Assembly (NCBI GenBank): GCA_024704765.1
Contig: JAKMXF010000036.1
Span: 1-63,722, forward strand
Reading direction: 5' to 3'
DNA: 63,722 nt
Source: Oopsacas minuta
Taxonomy: Eukaryota > Animalia > Porifera
Shown here piece after piece: positions 62,230 to 63,722 of this stretch (the stretch's first letter is position 1; every line of letters begins with the position of its first letter). The position numbers were made by a program, and so were the translations under genes. The notes under the pieces are model-generated. The model worked only from the letters and a program-made list of their open reading frames with translations, was not told the DNA's origin and did not search any database.

Positions 62230-62981
62230 GATACCACAATAGAACCCAACCTATCAGACCCCAAATGCTGGGGTCAACCAGAATTTGGATGGTAACTTGG
62301 GGTTATTTAGTATTACTAGTATGTATACACATATATTTAACTGTAAATGTAAGTATCTTAATACATGACACAGTCAATCGTAATTACTACAATCTATAAC
62401 GTAACCTCTACTTTACAATTTAGTTAGTCCTGTTTTTAATTATGAATTTACATCATTCGCTAAAATGCTTCATTCATTTGCCAATCTGTATGTACAAGTA
62501 ATAATCCAAGAGAAACATATACAAACATAAGAGGTACTCCGCATTAGGTACACACATTATGAGATTTGTTTAATAAATTGAGAACTGAGTTGAATCTATT
62601 ATATAATTTGTCGATGGTTTGTATTTTGTACGGAATTAATTGAAGAACTGGTAAGAGCTACAAACTTGATCAATAAATTGATGGGATGTATGTATGTACT
62701 AAATTTAGTTAAAAGGTATCTCATGGCCTCTTGATAAGTAATGACCTTATTCTTTGCCATCTGGTTGCCCCTCAGCTAGGTAGCTATTTCTCCGTGATAG
62801 CGCCTCTGTAATTCCTAAAGTGATATCTACACCATACATTTATTTCATACATAACATTATATTATAGTTTAACTATGCAATTTCTAACAGTAAATTTCAT
62901 TAAAATCCATCCTTAATTATCAATTGAATTAAAGTTTGATGTATTTCTTAATCGGTCTATATCGTAGTATCCAATCAATGG

Positions 62982-63405
62982 TATTAAATCTCAACTGTTA
63001 TCTGTGTCTGTCTGTCAGTCTGTCTGTCTGTCTGTTTGTTTATCCGTTGTCAAGGAAATGATTTTAGGTATGCAATTTTGAAATCGTTGCATAACTAAGT
63101 ATTTATTGTGTTTATCAAAGAAGTAAATAGAATCCATTAATACTTCACTATACATATTGAATATGGTGAATCCGATTTTCACACTTATGGATTAATCATG
63201 TGTAGATTTATTGTTGTTTTTATGAATATAAAGTAAACAAATTAGCCAAATGTAAAAATATTCCTACGGGCTTGCTCTAAACGGCTACACAGGGGTAACA
63301 CAATACTCTAACCAGAATTTCGCATTTTCAAGTTTCTCATGTGATAATTTATTATTGTTTTTATGAATGTAAATACGTCGAGTTCATCGCGAAGCGACGA
63401 GCCAA
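62982..63405 (+). mobile_element. Helitron-like repeat, copy 4
   Basis: tattaaatctcaac..(TCTG)n..atccgttgtcaaggaa... ending cgcgaagcgacgagccaaaggctcgt. Confidence 0.6.
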
Positions 63406-63508
63406 AGGCTCGTTACCATTAAAATGCTAATTCCAGCTACCTCATTTCGTTATAAATCACTGTAAAACTTAATTTCCTGAGAAATTTTAAAGTTGGTAGG
63501 TTAAATAA

Positions 63509-63722
63509 TACTGAGATTTTGTTCAAATACGTGAGTCTACATTTGGATCCGTGAGACTTGAAAAACTATGTGGTTCACGTCGCCAAATAGGTGGGAGGGC
63601 AACTAGCAACCTGGAATATTTCCAAGTAACAACCTTGGTTGATGGTAGAAAGACCATATATCCAAATGTAATTAAGGCTTAAGTAGCTTATAGGAATTAG
63701 TTACGATTTGTTACGATGAAAT
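63509..63722 (+). repeat. Right arm of window-terminal inverted repeat
   Basis: Reverse complement of 1..214, 210/214 identical. Confidence 0.97.

Noticed and set aside
1-63722. Polinton/Maverick, Teratorn or giant-virus insertion to explain the terminal inverted repeat
   Set aside because: No pPolB, integrase, packaging ATPase, capsid or tyrosine recombinase ORF was seen; the content is intron-bearing host genes.

Overview
AT-rich animal genomic DNA, not prokaryotic or viral: it has GT-AG introns, compact intron-poor housekeeping genes, EGF/EMI proteins and NHL-repeat expansions. By gene style it resembles a glass sponge such as Oopsacas (inference, not a database match). Conserved genes, all on the minus strand: LSM8, UROC1, RIOK1 (2 exons), SMNDC1, a YajO-like aldo-keto reductase (4 exons), PRPF18, an AKR5-like reductase and IMMP2L. 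Lineage-specific genes: three chimeric multi-pass membrane paralogues, an inverted pair of secreted EMI-EGF-FN3 genes, a 5-exon ~1769 aa cadherin-like/19xEGF/2xLamG/Kazal gene, and NHL genes and pseudogenes. Four inactivated Tc1/mariner elements and many MITE or Helitron-like repeats are present. Two signals stand out. (1) The window is bracketed exactly by a 214-bp, 98% identical inverted repeat (1..214 / 63509..63722); this could be a giant or composite element, an inversion, or contig breaks inside a young repeat. (2) There is an operon/trans-splicing signature: RIOK1 and UROC1 are co-oriented only 100 bp apart, and nearly every intact gene has an acceptor-like TAG 0-30 nt before its ATG. 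All calls were made by reading the sequence; no searches were run.
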